Source: Patescibacteria group bacterium (lineage in GTDB: Bacteria; Patescibacteriota; Patescibacteriia; UBA1558; GWA2-36-10). From it: a stretch of DNA of 58,197 nucleotides. Position 1 is the first letter of the stretch. Each line of letters opens with the position of its first letter. The stretch lies in NCBI GenBank assembly GCA_041665545.1, contig JBAYIQ010000005.1:1-58197 (forward strand), read 5' to 3'. The notes beneath the pieces were generated by a model, which saw only the letters and a program-made list of their open reading frames with translations, was not told the origin of the DNA and made no database searches. Below are positions 33,301-42,894 of the stretch, one piece after another. A program made the position numbers and the translations under genes.

Positions 33301-36300
33301 AGCGACCATCGTAGGCCCAAATAGCGGCTGCATCAAGTGAGGCATTGGCGGTTGAGGCCAAAATAGTAAAAGTATCACTGCTAGATGGAGCAACCGACAG
33401 AGCCGGAGTAATAGTCAATTTTTTGGTAGCGCCAACATAATTGCTAATGCGTCTAACCTGACCAGCATTGGATCCAGAGGTAAATACCAAAACACCGTCA
33501 TTATAAAAATCATCATTGGCATTGGTCAGGGTGGTAATAAATTCTGTGGTTGAGGGACTTGGGTCATCAACGGCTTTTTGGGCGACCAATAAATTATTTA
33601 TCAAATTGCTTAAACTATTGGCAACCGCTGTCACCTCAGCTGATGAAGCGCGAGAAGAAATAGTAGTATCAATATTGGTTTTTAATAAAGAGCCAATGCT
33701 ATTGATAGTCGTGATTGAGGTCAAAAGTGTATCCCAAACTCGTTGTGCCGTCAGATCGCCAGATGTTAGGGTGCGAGTTTCATAAGTCCAAATTTCAAGA
33801 GCTAAAGCGGCTAAACCATCATTCTCAATACTAGTAATTGTCCTGGTGCCCTCACTCCAAACATCTGATGCCGTCAAATTACTAGTGCCACGAGAAGAAA
33901 TAGTAGCATTCAAATTATCAACTATCAGTTTGCCAATAGAACCACCCGTAGAAAGCAAAGCTGATGCTATATTCCAGACTTGAGCTGGATCAGATAAGGT
34001 GACTCCACCACTCAAACTGCGGCCACCAGCTGACCAGACATCAGCCGCTGAAATATTATTTAAGGCCTGTATGTCAGCCAAAGTAGCCAAGGAGCCACTA
34101 TTCAAAGTAGCGTCAGTCAAACGACGAACATTGTACTCCCATATTTCTTGGGCAGTCGCCCCGCCACCGCCAGTAGCGCTAGAATAATAACTTAAAATAA
34201 TAAATTCATCATTGAAAGCTGGCGCATAAGGCATGGCCGCATCCACCGTAATTGCTTTGGTGGCGCCATTGTAGCTAGAAATTCTACGGGCAATACCAGC
34301 ATTCTGGCCACTCATCATAACCACCATTTGATTTTGATAAAAATTAGAAGTGGCTTGTGTCATGTCTGTCACAAAGACAGTGGCTGAAGCGGCCACATCA
34401 TTGACCAAGCCCCGCTTGATGGCCAAGCGATCATTTAAAAGTTGCCCAAAAGATCCATCAATATCAGCAAATGACCCCACTTGTGCTCCCCAAATACTAG
34501 TAGCCGTCAAGCCAGTTGACAACCACGGCACCACTGGTTGACCAGAAGAATGAAAATCCAAAGTACCAGTATCTACTGTACCCGATAAAACAGCCATATC
34601 ATCTATGTACACCGATGGCTGTCTAAAAATAATATAATCACCCATCGTGGCATTGGTCAGAGTGGTACTTAAAAGATGTGGCACTACTCCACTACCCTTC
34701 AAATACAATAACTGGGCAGTATTTTTTACAATATCAAATATCTTACCATTAGCGTCTTTAAATTTATAGCCGACCCATTGATTGGTGGTCCAACTTTTAT
34801 CAACATCCTCAACAATGATTGGCAAATAATTACCCAAGGAATCATCGATAATTTCACTGGTGCCAGAATCAGCGGCCACAAAAGCTGACTGCACGGAAAA
34901 TTTTATATCGGCAATAGCTGACTCTGTAGGCGTACCAGACACCACAAACTGTTGCCAATCATTAGCCGTGTCTTGTGCTGTCCAAGTAAGGTTGGCACCA
35001 GTCATACCCAGACCAGATAAGGTAACTGTCGGTAAATTAGTAGACCCATAATAACTATTGATATTCATATAGCCCGTAATGGCTAGTGGCTGGTTAGCCA
35101 CACCAATGACTTTGGCTGTATATTCAAGTGGCGCATCAGGATTCAGCGAATCCAGACGCCACGCATAACCACTAGCTGTGTGAGCAGTGGAATCATTGAG
35201 ACCTAACCCGGAAGTTCGCATATTACCAAAAGTGGTAAAATTAACTATGTCTTTAGTCGAGCTAGAATAATTGCCGCGAATATCAGCTCCGGGGATAGTC
35301 AGACCATAAAAATGTTCTGGTATCCTAGACATATTATTATAATCGGCCATGCCAAACAAAACCGGACTTAATAATTGAGTATTAGAGCCGGTAAATTGCA
35401 TCAATGATTCTGCTTCAAAAGTAGTGGTATTAGCTGGTATACTAATATCTGCCTCATTCCAAGAACCACGACCAAAAATACTACCACTATCCATAATACC
35501 CACATTGGCCGTGGTTTGGGCCACGCTGATTCCTGCGCCATATCCAGCTTGATTTAAGGTGACAGTATCCGAGACCGAGCCATCAAAAACATTATCAGAC
35601 ATCGTGAGGAAAGAATTACCATTGAGCCGTATACCAAAATTATTTACTGAAAAAATATTGTTAGCGATAGTCATTTTGGCTACGCCACTATTTAAATTAA
35701 CTGCTCCGCTAGTAATACCCGTCACACCATTATTATAAAACTGGCTATTAGCAATAGTGTACAAACGTCCAGACACAAAAGAAGCCGCACCATTAGCCGA
35801 GGTCAAAGCCGCATTAGTGTTGCGACATCCCATAAATATACTGCCATCAATGCCAACGTTTTGTGAAGCTGTAGCATTATAACCAGTGCCTAAAGTAGTG
35901 GCGCCAAAGTTGGTGGTCACAAAATATGCTCCCACAGTATTAGTGCCTTGAGTTTTGGCTGATACCGTATAAGCACGATCATAATAATTATAAAATACTG
36001 ACTTACTGACTGTCTGTGTTGGTTTGACCAATGTGGAAGTATAAGGATTGTTCATTATAGAAAAATTACTATACTGATTCTCAGTAGAAAGATGACTAAC
36101 GTTCAGATTCGCTAAACCTGACAAACCCACAGCTACTGTACCAAAAGCATTGCCCATGTGTATGGGCGTGGCCACTGTGGCACCGGTAGCATTTATTTCC
36201 TCATCCGACCACATGTGTATACTACGCTTGAGATTCAACACTGGCGAATTGTAAGGAGCTGAAGTAGAGTCCCGCTTGGCCTTGTGATGGAAAGTAAAAT

Positions 36301-39300
36301 TATTTGACCAGCCAGCCAAAGTGGCCGCTGTACCATTTTCTAGAAAACCAGAACCAAACTTTATCCTAGCTGATGGTGTGTATTTTTCTCCAGTATTATC
36401 CACCCATATTCTTGTGCGATCCGGATAGGTCACAACTCTTATTCTATCATTGCCCGTATCAGCACCGTTGGTAAAAATCATGGCTGGATTGCCATAGGCA
36501 TAGTCTGCCCAAACAAAACCCTCTTGAGGATTCATGGCCGCGTCAAAACTAGCGCGAAAAATATTAATACCAGTACTAGTCGCGTAGCCAGTACCGACAG
36601 TCTCACCTCCCACCCAAGCGCTGGTTGGTGGTGTAAAGTTACCCCAGTCAGTGGCCGAAGTACTGATAGAATTATCAAAAATCGCAAACTCATCCAAAGC
36701 GCCATCAAAAGGCGCAGCAAAATCATAACGATTACCGAGCTTAATCAAACCAGCGTTTATACCTCTAGTACCGACAGCCGACCCCTGACCAATGGTAAAG
36801 GCCGTGCCATTCAACCAAGCTCTTTTGGCGTTAGCTGTTTCATCCCAAGCCAAACGAAAATGATACCAAGTACCAGCGGTAGCTGAAAATGCTTGCCTTA
36901 ACAAGGTACCTTGAGCAGCGGCGGCATACAGGCCAACTTCCAAGAAACCTTCTGGGGTAGAACTGGAAGTATTTATGTGCCTGATAAATAAACGATCAGT
37001 ATCTATCTGAGCAACATTGGCTTGATCAAGCAAATACATACCATAAGGATGCGTGCTAGTAGCTGGATAACCGTTATAAGAGGGCTTGAACCAAAAATCA
37101 ATTGTGCCATTTTGTCTGGTGGTAATTGTGCCACTTTGGGCCTCAATATTATACCTAGTTGGCACCGCGCTACCAGTCAAAGTAAATGCTGGAGCTATCA
37201 TCACCGCGCTACCTATGCCATTCTGACCAGTCCAAGAACCAGTATTGCGTCGCATGTTATCCTGCAAGAGCAATTGACGCGCGCCAAATTTTGGTCCAGT
37301 CGGTGTGCCAGAATTTATACGCAAAGAGATTTCACTATTTGGCGATGTATAGGTACTACCTGCCGTAGCCGTACCAGCAGCACCAGTAGCACTACCAGTG
37401 ACATCATATTTACCACTAGTAGGGTTCCATTCGAAATCCCAAACTTCATATTTGGTATTGACACCAGTAGTAATTGGCACGCTACTATCAAGACCAAAAC
37501 TATTTCTAATAGCCGTAGAACCAATATATATCTTATCCCCTATTTCCGGATTTACTACGCCATTCCAACCACCTTTGTGTTTGATAATAAAATTAAGATA
37601 ACTGCTAGTAAAAGGAACACTCGGATAAGCCGTGCCTATCAGACCAGCACTTTCTCCGGTCACTCGCCAAGAACCAGTATTATTAAAATTATCAGAAAAA
37701 CCAAGGTCCGTGCTTAAATTATCAAATTTTACTTTATTACCCACACCAGCCGAACCAGCACCAGCATAAACACCAAAGCGACCACCTGCGTAGGTGGCAT
37801 TCGTCTGAGAAGTATCCCACGACCCTTCGGTCGGATCAGTATCACAATCTGTGGTAGCCCAAAACTTAGCATTGAGAGTGGTGCCTACGGCCTGCGCTTT
37901 GAGACAATACCAAGCAGAAGTGGCAAAGGCCTTGGAAAAAGCTGAGCCAATTACTGTCGGCACACCTGCCAAGGTAGTATATAAACCAATGGTATTGACT
38001 GCGTTAGTTTTGTTAATCAAAGCGGCATAGCCATTACCATCAATACTTTGCCTAAAAGTAAGACCTAATTTCCTATTACTACCGTCTTCCACATTATCCA
38101 TATACACCAATGCTTTGATGGTATAATCGCCATCACTCAAACTTCCATAGCTATTATGCAAAGCTATGTTGGCTTGATTTGTTTCATTGATATTTAATGT
38201 CCCGTCACTGATGTGCCAAATATAAGGAGCCGACGGCAAAACATTTACTGTACTGGCCATTCTTTGCACCTCTACCCAACCTGGGGAATTACCATATTCC
38301 AACATATACTGCTCATTGGGATTATAGGTGGCTCCTGGTGTCACAGCGCCAATCTTGGCTTCTTGCACGCCAGAAGACACGGTGATGGCTCCAGAGGAAA
38401 GTCTCTCAATACCACTCATGCCCATAGGAGTGGTCTGGTTGGTCGGAGAGGTGGTCCAAGAACTGACTGAATCAACTTTTAATCTAACCCAATAAGCATT
38501 AACTCCATTAACAGTTGTCTTGGCCGGAGTGCCAGTCAAATCATTTGGTGTCCAGGATAAAATACGACGATTGTTAGTAGCGCCATTTTCCGTCAAAAAA
38601 TTACTAGGATTAAAAGACTTCCATTGCCCGCCATTCAATCGGCTGATTGTTGCTGTTTGATCCGTGGTATAGCCCAAGGGCACCGGCTCGGTAAAGGTAA
38701 TAACGCCAGCGGCGATTACGCTAATGCGTCGATAAATAGGATCAGAATTATTATCGTCAATCATCACTACTTGATCAACACCAAAGTTAGCTTGATTGCC
38801 AGAGGTCACTGACACAGTATAAGAATTTATAGTTGTATTGGCTGACAATGGCACGGAATGTCCGGTACGCATTTGGTATTTATAAGCATCGCGGGGTGTA
38901 AAAGATGTCCAGCCAGCGCCATTATAAAATTGCCATGACAAGGAAGCGCTAGCATCCATGGCTACACCCATATTCAACTCCAAAGAATAAATCATGTTAC
39001 TACCTTGATCGCCAAAATATATAGCATCATCAGCCTCTACTGTTGGATTGGCCCCATCCACAAACATGGTCCAAGCTGATGTAGTAGCATAGTTTCCAGA
39101 AAAACCACTTGTACCATTATTATTATAAATATCAGTCAGGGGTATGGTGCCAATTTCTGCCACTTCCATATTTGGTGTGGGCAAAGAATTACGTCCACCA
39201 GCGGTAGCTAGTCCTGTCCAAACTGGAAACTGATTACCATCATCATTGGCTCCCATCCGTAAAGATGAAAAATTGTTATCAACTGCTTGGTTGGTAGCGC

Positions 39301-42300
39301 CAGCGACAGCTATGTTATCCAGTGGCTGCCAATTACCCACTACATTATCCTTGACATCTACCCAAGTATTGCCAGCATCAGCGGAATTGTTACCCAAGAA
39401 ACCCGTGTCAATATTACCATCAATATCTACAGCTAAGTCGCTTTTCATGGTCCGAAAAGCGTCTGAGCCAGCAACATAAAGATTTGTACGCCCGGCGCGA
39501 GCATTTTGTTGAGTAGCCGTAATAGCGCCAGTCATAGTATAAATACCCGCTCGCCTATCAGCTCCAGTAGGTAATTCGGTAGCTGGTCCCTTGGCCACAA
39601 AAGCACTTTGCCCCGTAGTATAGCCCACAACCAAGTTGGCTGTGACCGTAAGCGTTGTCGCATTTTCAACAGCCGCTACTATTCTAGTTGTGGGTAAAGA
39701 ATCATTATCGTCAATTATAATAGTATCACCGGGGTTAAAACCAGTAGTAGAAATTACTGTCAAAGTAGCGCTAACGGCTGTGTCAGCATTTAAATTTGTA
39801 TTGACTGCTGGACTAACATTATCCCAATATATATCTACCAGAGACGAAGCGGGAATAGCCGCTCCACTTTGACCAAAGGCCACTGAAGCATCGGAATCTA
39901 CTAATATTTTGCCAGGGATAGTCAGGCGATAATGCTTGTTAGCACTGGTATCAACATTTAGCTTGGAACCGGGGCAAACAACCGCTGATATCCAACCGCC
40001 ATTTTGTGAATAAGCCGAGTAGTTGGTACGCGTGCCTGCACCATCATTGATGGCATCACCTGACTTACCGGTGTAAGCCATAGCCGCGTCCCAATCACGA
40101 TCTATTGTTACCACGTGCTCTTGTTTGCTAGACCAGTTAAGATCATTTGTTAAAGCCGAGGCATCACCCGTATCTGGATCAGCTTTTCCATTACCAACTA
40201 TTATAAGATCACCATCAGCTGGGGCTGCGGTATTACCCGTACCGTAGGCCACAAAGAAAATGTGTCTATTGCTTAAAAAAGGATAACGAACAAGCGAAGT
40301 TGCCAAAGCTTCCATTTTAGCATAAAACAACAACACGGATGTGGTGCGCGCTAAAAGAGTTGTAGTGCCTGCTGGATTTTGAGTATGATTAAATGTGGTC
40401 CATTTCATTACCGCACCATCAGCCGGAGTACTAACGGACATGTTAGCTGAAATTTCAGCTATCTGAGCATTATCTGCTGTGTTATAACCAGTGACAAAAG
40501 CTGCGTCCAAAATAAGTGATGGCCCACCGCCACAATTAACATCTGTGCCATTTACTGTCGAAATAAAGCGAGTAACAACGACATTGGAATTATTATCCCA
40601 AATCGCGACACTGGGCGAAGTACCAACAGCCGCGGTAAATCCAGCAATACTAGCCACGCAGACTCTAGTAGTGGCTGTAGAATTTGCTGTCAATGTGGTT
40701 ATGGCTCCCTGGACTATTCTTTGTTTCCACGTAGCTTGCGCTATACTAGCATTTTTATCAGTAGTAAAACCAATCACTGTGGCGGCTGTGGTGATAATAG
40801 AAGCACCGCCCGAACAATTAGAATCAACCTCATTTACTGAAGCTACGGTTAAGGAAACAGTGGTTGTATTGGAATCCCACAAGTTTATTGTTTGATTAGC
40901 AGCAAAACCAGTTATTGAAGCCACACACAACCTAGTTGTCGCCGTAGAATTAGCAGTCAGGGTAGTAAATGGTACTCCATCGTTGACCCAGGAAGCTGCT
41001 GTACCACCAGTGGCTGGGGTAGTTAATTTTCTACTTTGGGTACCGGAAACAGAACCAGCCAATGTCCAATTTGAGCTGGCCGAAGAATAAGTGGCAGTCC
41101 AGTGTTGATTTTCGGTACGCCTTACTGTCGGCATACCAGTACCAGCTGCTGAGTTGCCAGCTACCATAGCGGTAAGCAAACCAGCAGCGCTAGAATTACC
41201 GGTCAAAACCAAAGGCATATTCACGGTTGGAGCGCTGGCGCCAGCAATATCAGTAACACCAATGGTTCTCAATGTGCCATCAACTGTAGGAAAATTACCA
41301 TAAGGAGCATTAGCGGCCCAAGTACCAAAAACAGGAGCGCCAGCGCCAAAGTTGCTAATACGAATACCGTAATGTTTGGTGGTCAATACACCCACTGCTG
41401 GATCAAAACGAAAATCAATCATAGCATGCCCAAAATTTCCTGGCGTCAAGTTTTCACCAGACAAGGCCTGATTGAACTGCCAAATAGTTTTGCGCAACAC
41501 TATTGTATCGTCTGGGTAGTTGTAAGCACCCTGAGTGCCGGTAACATATCCCGTGCAAGAGGTAGTGCAACTAGCTGTCGGAAACTCCAAAAGCTCAACC
41601 AAAATATCCGGATTTGATAAAGAAGTAGCCGTCGGATTTTCCATGGATAACATAATGCCAGACAAATCAGCGCTGGCATTGGGTTTGAAACCAATAAACT
41701 GTGAGGTGGCCAAAGTAGCATTGGCTGCCAAGGCCAAATACCCAATTGCCTGTCCACCAGCACTACCATCAGTCGTGCCACCAGGATTGATTGGGTTAAA
41801 ATTGCCAGACTCAGCATCACCGTTGACGCCGTCGCCAGAATAAGCCAAAGCCGTCAGCCAATTTGAACCACTTAAAGTGGTAGTTTGCCCAGAAACTTTT
41901 ACCAAGCCAGTGAAAGTAGCAGCATAAGCTGGTGTCCGATCTCTAAAAAGCCACTCAAAAAGTGGAGTTAAAGAAGCCACACCTAGTGTGGAAATAACCA
42001 AAAAGAAAATCATCCAGCCAGCCATCGCTCGCCTCAACAACAATTGATTTGGCTCCCTGAGTAATTTCTTAAAATCACCAAAACCAATGACCGGTGACAT
42101 GGCCTCCTGAACTTCGCGTCCTTTGGGTAATATCTTTTTTTCGTATGTTTGAGGAATATATTTAATAAATGGCTTAGCTAGCCACAACATAAACAATTTA
42201 AATTCTTTAACCCTAAAGTTAAATTTAATCTTCAGTGACTTGGGACTGGCAAATAAACTAACCGCTTTAGCCCCAAAAAATCCTAAAAATTTGACATAAA

Positions 42301-42745
42301 AAACAATTGTCGCGTACCAGACAATTTTTAATAAATAAAAAATAATTAAATATAGCGCTTTAAAAATATAAAATACCGCTTGAGCCAAGGCATTGGCTAT
42401 AAAACGCATACCTTTTTCTAAAGCTGGGGCTTTTTCTTTGATAAAATAATAAAAACGACTCAAATATTTCCAAGAAAAACGGAAAAAATTTTTCAAAAAT
42501 GGCCCTAAGTCCTCGACAATAAACTCTTTAACCATTGGAGCCAACCATTTTATAAAACGCCAACAATTTTTGAATATAAAAACCAAAACTACTGACAATA
42601 GATAGCCAACTAGCACTAATATTGAACCGACTATCTTAGCTAACCAGACCAATGAATAAAGTATAAATTCTAGAATTTTAATAATTGTTTTTCTGTGGCG
42701 GATAGATGGTTTTAGTCGCCACGAGGGAAGTAGATGTCTATTCAT
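30314..42745 (-). CDS. Giant (4143 aa) surface protein anchored at both ends
   Basis: One uninterrupted ORF. N-terminal ~270 aa have several TM helices. Then come about 3400 aa rich in Thr/Ser/Gly/Ala/Asn, with beta-helix-like (NNIFSVNNFGIRLNGNS) and LamG/concanavalin-like (GTIDFWFKPS...LDEFAIFDN) segments. These are followed by five ~135-aa tandem repeats, coiled coil, two TM helices and a C-terminal SH3b-like domain (GWLNVRQEAS...GWVFAEY). Confidence 0.85.
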   Translation of the reverse strand: MNRHLLPSWRLKPSIRHRKTIIKILEFILYSLVWLAKIVGSILVLVGYLLSVVLVFIFKNCWRFIKWLAPMVKEFIVEDLGPFLKNFFRFSWKYLSRFYYFIKEKAPALEKGMRFIANALAQAVFYIFKALYLIIFYLLKIVWYATIVFYVKFLGFFGAKAVSLFASPKSLKIKFNFRVKEFKLFMLWLAKPFIKYIPQTYEKKILPKGREVQEAMSPVIGFGDFKKLLREPNQLLLRRAMAGWMIFFLVISTLGVASLTPLFEWLFRDRTPAYAATFTGLVKVSGQTTTLSGSNWLTALAYSGDGVNGDAESGNFNPINPGGTTDGSAGGQAIGYLALAANATLATSQFIGFKPNASADLSGIMLSMENPTATSLSNPDILVELLEFPTASCTTSCTGYVTGTQGAYNYPDDTIVLRKTIWQFNQALSGENLTPGNFGHAMIDFRFDPAVGVLTTKHYGIRISNFGAGAPVFGTWAANAPYGNFPTVDGTLRTIGVTDIAGASAPTVNMPLVLTGNSSAAGLLTAMVAGNSAAGTGMPTVRRTENQHWTATYSSASSNWTLAGSVSGTQSRKLTTPATGGTAASWVNDGVPFTTLTANSTATTRLCVASITGFAANQTINLWDSNTTTVSLTVASVNEVDSNCSGGASIITTAATVIGFTTDKNASIAQATWKQRIVQGAITTLTANSTATTRVCVASIAGFTAAVGTSPSVAIWDNNSNVVVTRFISTVNGTDVNCGGGPSLILDAAFVTGYNTADNAQIAEISANMSVSTPADGAVMKWTTFNHTQNPAGTTTLLARTTSVLLFYAKMEALATSLVRYPFLSNRHIFFVAYGTGNTAAPADGDLIIVGNGKADPDTGDASALTNDLNWSSKQEHVVTIDRDWDAAMAYTGKSGDAINDGAGTRTNYSAYSQNGGWISAVVCPGSKLNVDTSANKHYRLTIPGKILVDSDASVAFGQSGAAIPASSLVDIYWDNVSPAVNTNLNADTAVSATLTVISTTGFNPGDTIIIDDNDSLPTTRIVAAVENATTLTVTANLVVGYTTGQSAFVAKGPATELPTGADRRAGIYTMTGAITATQQNARAGRTNLYVAGSDAFRTMKSDLAVDIDGNIDTGFLGNNSADAGNTWVDVKDNVVGNWQPLDNIAVAGATNQAVDNNFSSLRMGANDDGNQFPVWTGLATAGGRNSLPTPNMEVAEIGTIPLTDIYNNNGTSGFSGNYATTSAWTMFVDGANPTVEADDAIYFGDQGSNMIYSLELNMGVAMDASASLSWQFYNGAGWTSFTPRDAYKYQMRTGHSVPLSANTTINSYTVSVTSGNQANFGVDQVVMIDDNNSDPIYRRISVIAAGVITFTEPVPLGYTTDQTATISRLNGGQWKSFNPSNFLTENGATNNRRILSWTPNDLTGTPAKTTVNGVNAYWVRLKVDSVSSWTTSPTNQTTPMGMSGIERLSSGAITVSSGVQEAKIGAVTPGATYNPNEQYMLEYGNSPGWVEVQRMASTVNVLPSAPYIWHISDGTLNINETNQANIALHNSYGSLSDGDYTIKALVYMDNVEDGSNRKLGLTFRQSIDGNGYAALINKTNAVNTIGLYTTLAGVPTVIGSAFSKAFATSAWYCLKAQAVGTTLNAKFWATTDCDTDPTEGSWDTSQTNATYAGGRFGVYAGAGSAGVGNKVKFDNLSTDLGFSDNFNNTGSWRVTGESAGLIGTAYPSVPFTSSYLNFIIKHKGGWNGVVNPEIGDKIYIGSTAIRNSFGLDSSVPITTGVNTKYEVWDFEWNPTSGKYDVTGSATGAAGTATAGSTYTSPNSEISLRINSGTPTGPKFGARQLLLQDNMRRNTGSWTGQNGIGSAVMIAPAFTLTGSAVPTRYNIEAQSGTITTRQNGTIDFWFKPSYNGYPATSTHPYGMYLLDQANVAQIDTDRLFIRHINTSSSTPEGFLEVGLYAAAAQGTLLRQAFSATAGTWYHFRLAWDETANAKRAWLNGTAFTIGQGSAVGTRGINAGLIKLGNRYDFAAPFDGALDEFAIFDNSISTSATDWGNFTPPTSAWVGGETVGTGYATSTGINIFRASFDAAMNPQEGFVWADYAYGNPAMIFTNGADTGNDRIRVVTYPDRTRIWVDNTGEKYTPSARIKFGSGFLENGTAATLAGWSNNFTFHHKAKRDSTSAPYNSPVLNLKRSIHMWSDEEINATGATVATPIHMGNAFGTVAVGLSGLANLNVSHLSTENQYSNFSIMNNPYTSTLVKPTQTVSKSVFYNYYDRAYTVSAKTQGTNTVGAYFVTTNFGATTLGTGYNATASQNVGIDGSIFMGCRNTNAALTSANGAASFVSGRLYTIANSQFYNNGVTGITSGAVNLNSGVAKMTIANNIFSVNNFGIRLNGNSFLTMSDNVFDGSVSDTVTLNQAGYGAGISVAQTTANVGIMDSGSIFGRGSWNEADISIPANTTTFEAESLMQFTGSNTQLLSPVLFGMADYNNMSRIPEHFYGLTIPGADIRGNYSSSTKDIVNFTTFGNMRTSGLGLNDSTAHTASGYAWRLDSLNPDAPLEYTAKVIGVANQPLAITGYMNINSYYGSTNLPTVTLSGLGMTGANLTWTAQDTANDWQQFVVSGTPTESAIADIKFSVQSAFVAADSGTSEIIDDSLGNYLPIIVEDVDKSWTTNQWVGYKFKDANGKIFDIVKNTAQLLYLKGSGVVPHLLSTTLTNATMGDYIIFRQPSVYIDDMAVLSGTVDTGTLDFHSSGQPVVPWLSTGLTATSIWGAQVGSFADIDGSFGQLLNDRLAIKRGLVNDVAASATVFVTDMTQATSNFYQNQMVVMMSGQNAGIARRISSYNGATKAITVDAAMPYAPAFNDEFIILSYYSSATGGGGATAQEIWEYNVRRLTDATLNSGSLATLADIQALNNISAADVWSAGGRSLSGGVTLSDPAQVWNIASALLSTGGSIGKLIVDNLNATISSRGTSNLTASDVWSEGTRTITSIENDGLAALALEIWTYETRTLTSGDLTAQRVWDTLLTSITTINSIGSLLKTNIDTTISSRASSAEVTAVANSLSNLINNLLVAQKAVDDPSPSTTEFITTLTNANDDFYNDGVLVFTSGSNAGQVRRISNYVGATKKLTITPALSVAPSSSDTFTILASTANASLDAAAIWAYDGRYLSGAALDSGSLATLSNIQSTESTLSGQLNTLINNLIVEQKVVNDAGASDNQFITTLTSNSNDFYNNGVLVFTSGVNAGQARRITDYVGASKQVTVSPALSLAPVNADTFTILAQTANSAVDAAAIWTYGDRYLSGATLDSGSLATLSDIQDTETVLASAISVNSTKLDKIINALIVSETSVNDLAPSTTVFATALTNATNDFYKNNILLFTSGLNIGQARRIMGYNGTTKAITVDPALALAPANADTFTILAQTSNTATLDAASIWAYSGRYLSGADLDSGSLATLSDLQSTETTLGNSIDAVSNSVDLLSNDLIAIRSAVSTAEVSPTISLFGTNLTSAVNDLYAHALLTFTSGQNSGVARRIDDYNGTTKAITVEPDLPFAPASSDAFTILKTLAVPVTKISTIQSDVAGIKDDVTLIKADIALIKTQLDNIEASIATLETSIDNIEVGSGSSTTNNTNVYNVKPEEMFTAMGTISNSIQNINTKLGRLDSDTLSSILSISQENMTDIKYVRNKLADYKAVTTVQRQVVQQATAPIVSTWYTSGSVDLNIMLSNPAKTAQKVPFKIYLPKEAKVEHIMDDGGFNIQYDVQLDTLYAAGEIELAPGASVKKFIKMRDIWQIAENDLTIAKTQANDFYKKLEKNQLSSQALLLKNDIDSKVEKILRTQKENTASPQDKIMTYRENKESFISVQTELDELKSLLSQADASRGFLGALGGIQTISVWGIIIAFVTGFGLLVTILFSMWKHQVAIANGQMALQSHILTGKPLDMEKMNSSGGRRKKKKAAVSKNSPANIASVEAKAKVSTSFLIYIKQFFTRLFKNIRQNKVWLITFVLIFIVLYLLVDKYGILANIRQNLSKYIKTDELRSANNVTVASETDVNKLDNIPVLADNNMAFSFGSESASSTSSSTVPATEDILMKKQVIIKDTPTGWLNVRQEASKETAVVAKVSAGEKYDLLSQVAAQGLEKFGWYQIALTENKVGWVFAEYAEELK
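32090..34330 (-). repeat. In-frame tandem coding repeats inside the giant gene
   Basis: The marker AAAATAGTAAA[AG]G recurs at 32119, 32545, 32962 and 33358 (spacings 426, 417 and 396 nt). A diverged unit lies near 34192. The protein unit is F.T.LT...DFY...L.FTSG.N.G..RRI..Y.G.TK..TV.P.L..AP...D.FTIL, followed by IW.Y..R.LSGA.LDSGSLATLS. Confidence 0.85.
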
Positions 42746-42894
42746 AAAAATACAAAAATTTTATTATTTTTTATTTTTTAACTAGCTATATTATAACACA
42801 AAGTAAAAAAATCTCATAATAAATCATCAACATTAATTCTAACAAAAAACCACCGCTAATTGGTGGCTAAAAATTGCTAAAATTTATTATAAAA

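Noticed and set aside
32090-34330. Possible CRISPR array or non-coding tandem repeat
   Set aside because: The period is about 400-426 nt, the units are diverged, and the region is in frame within the giant ORF. There is no short repeat/spacer organisation, and no cas genes are in the window.
30453-41843. Many 60-230-aa ORFs antisense or out of frame within the giant gene (for example 37022..37717+, 40491..40895+)
   Set aside because: They are nested in a continuous 12.4-kb ORF whose product has recognisable domains and repeats. The shadow ORFs have no start context or motifs.
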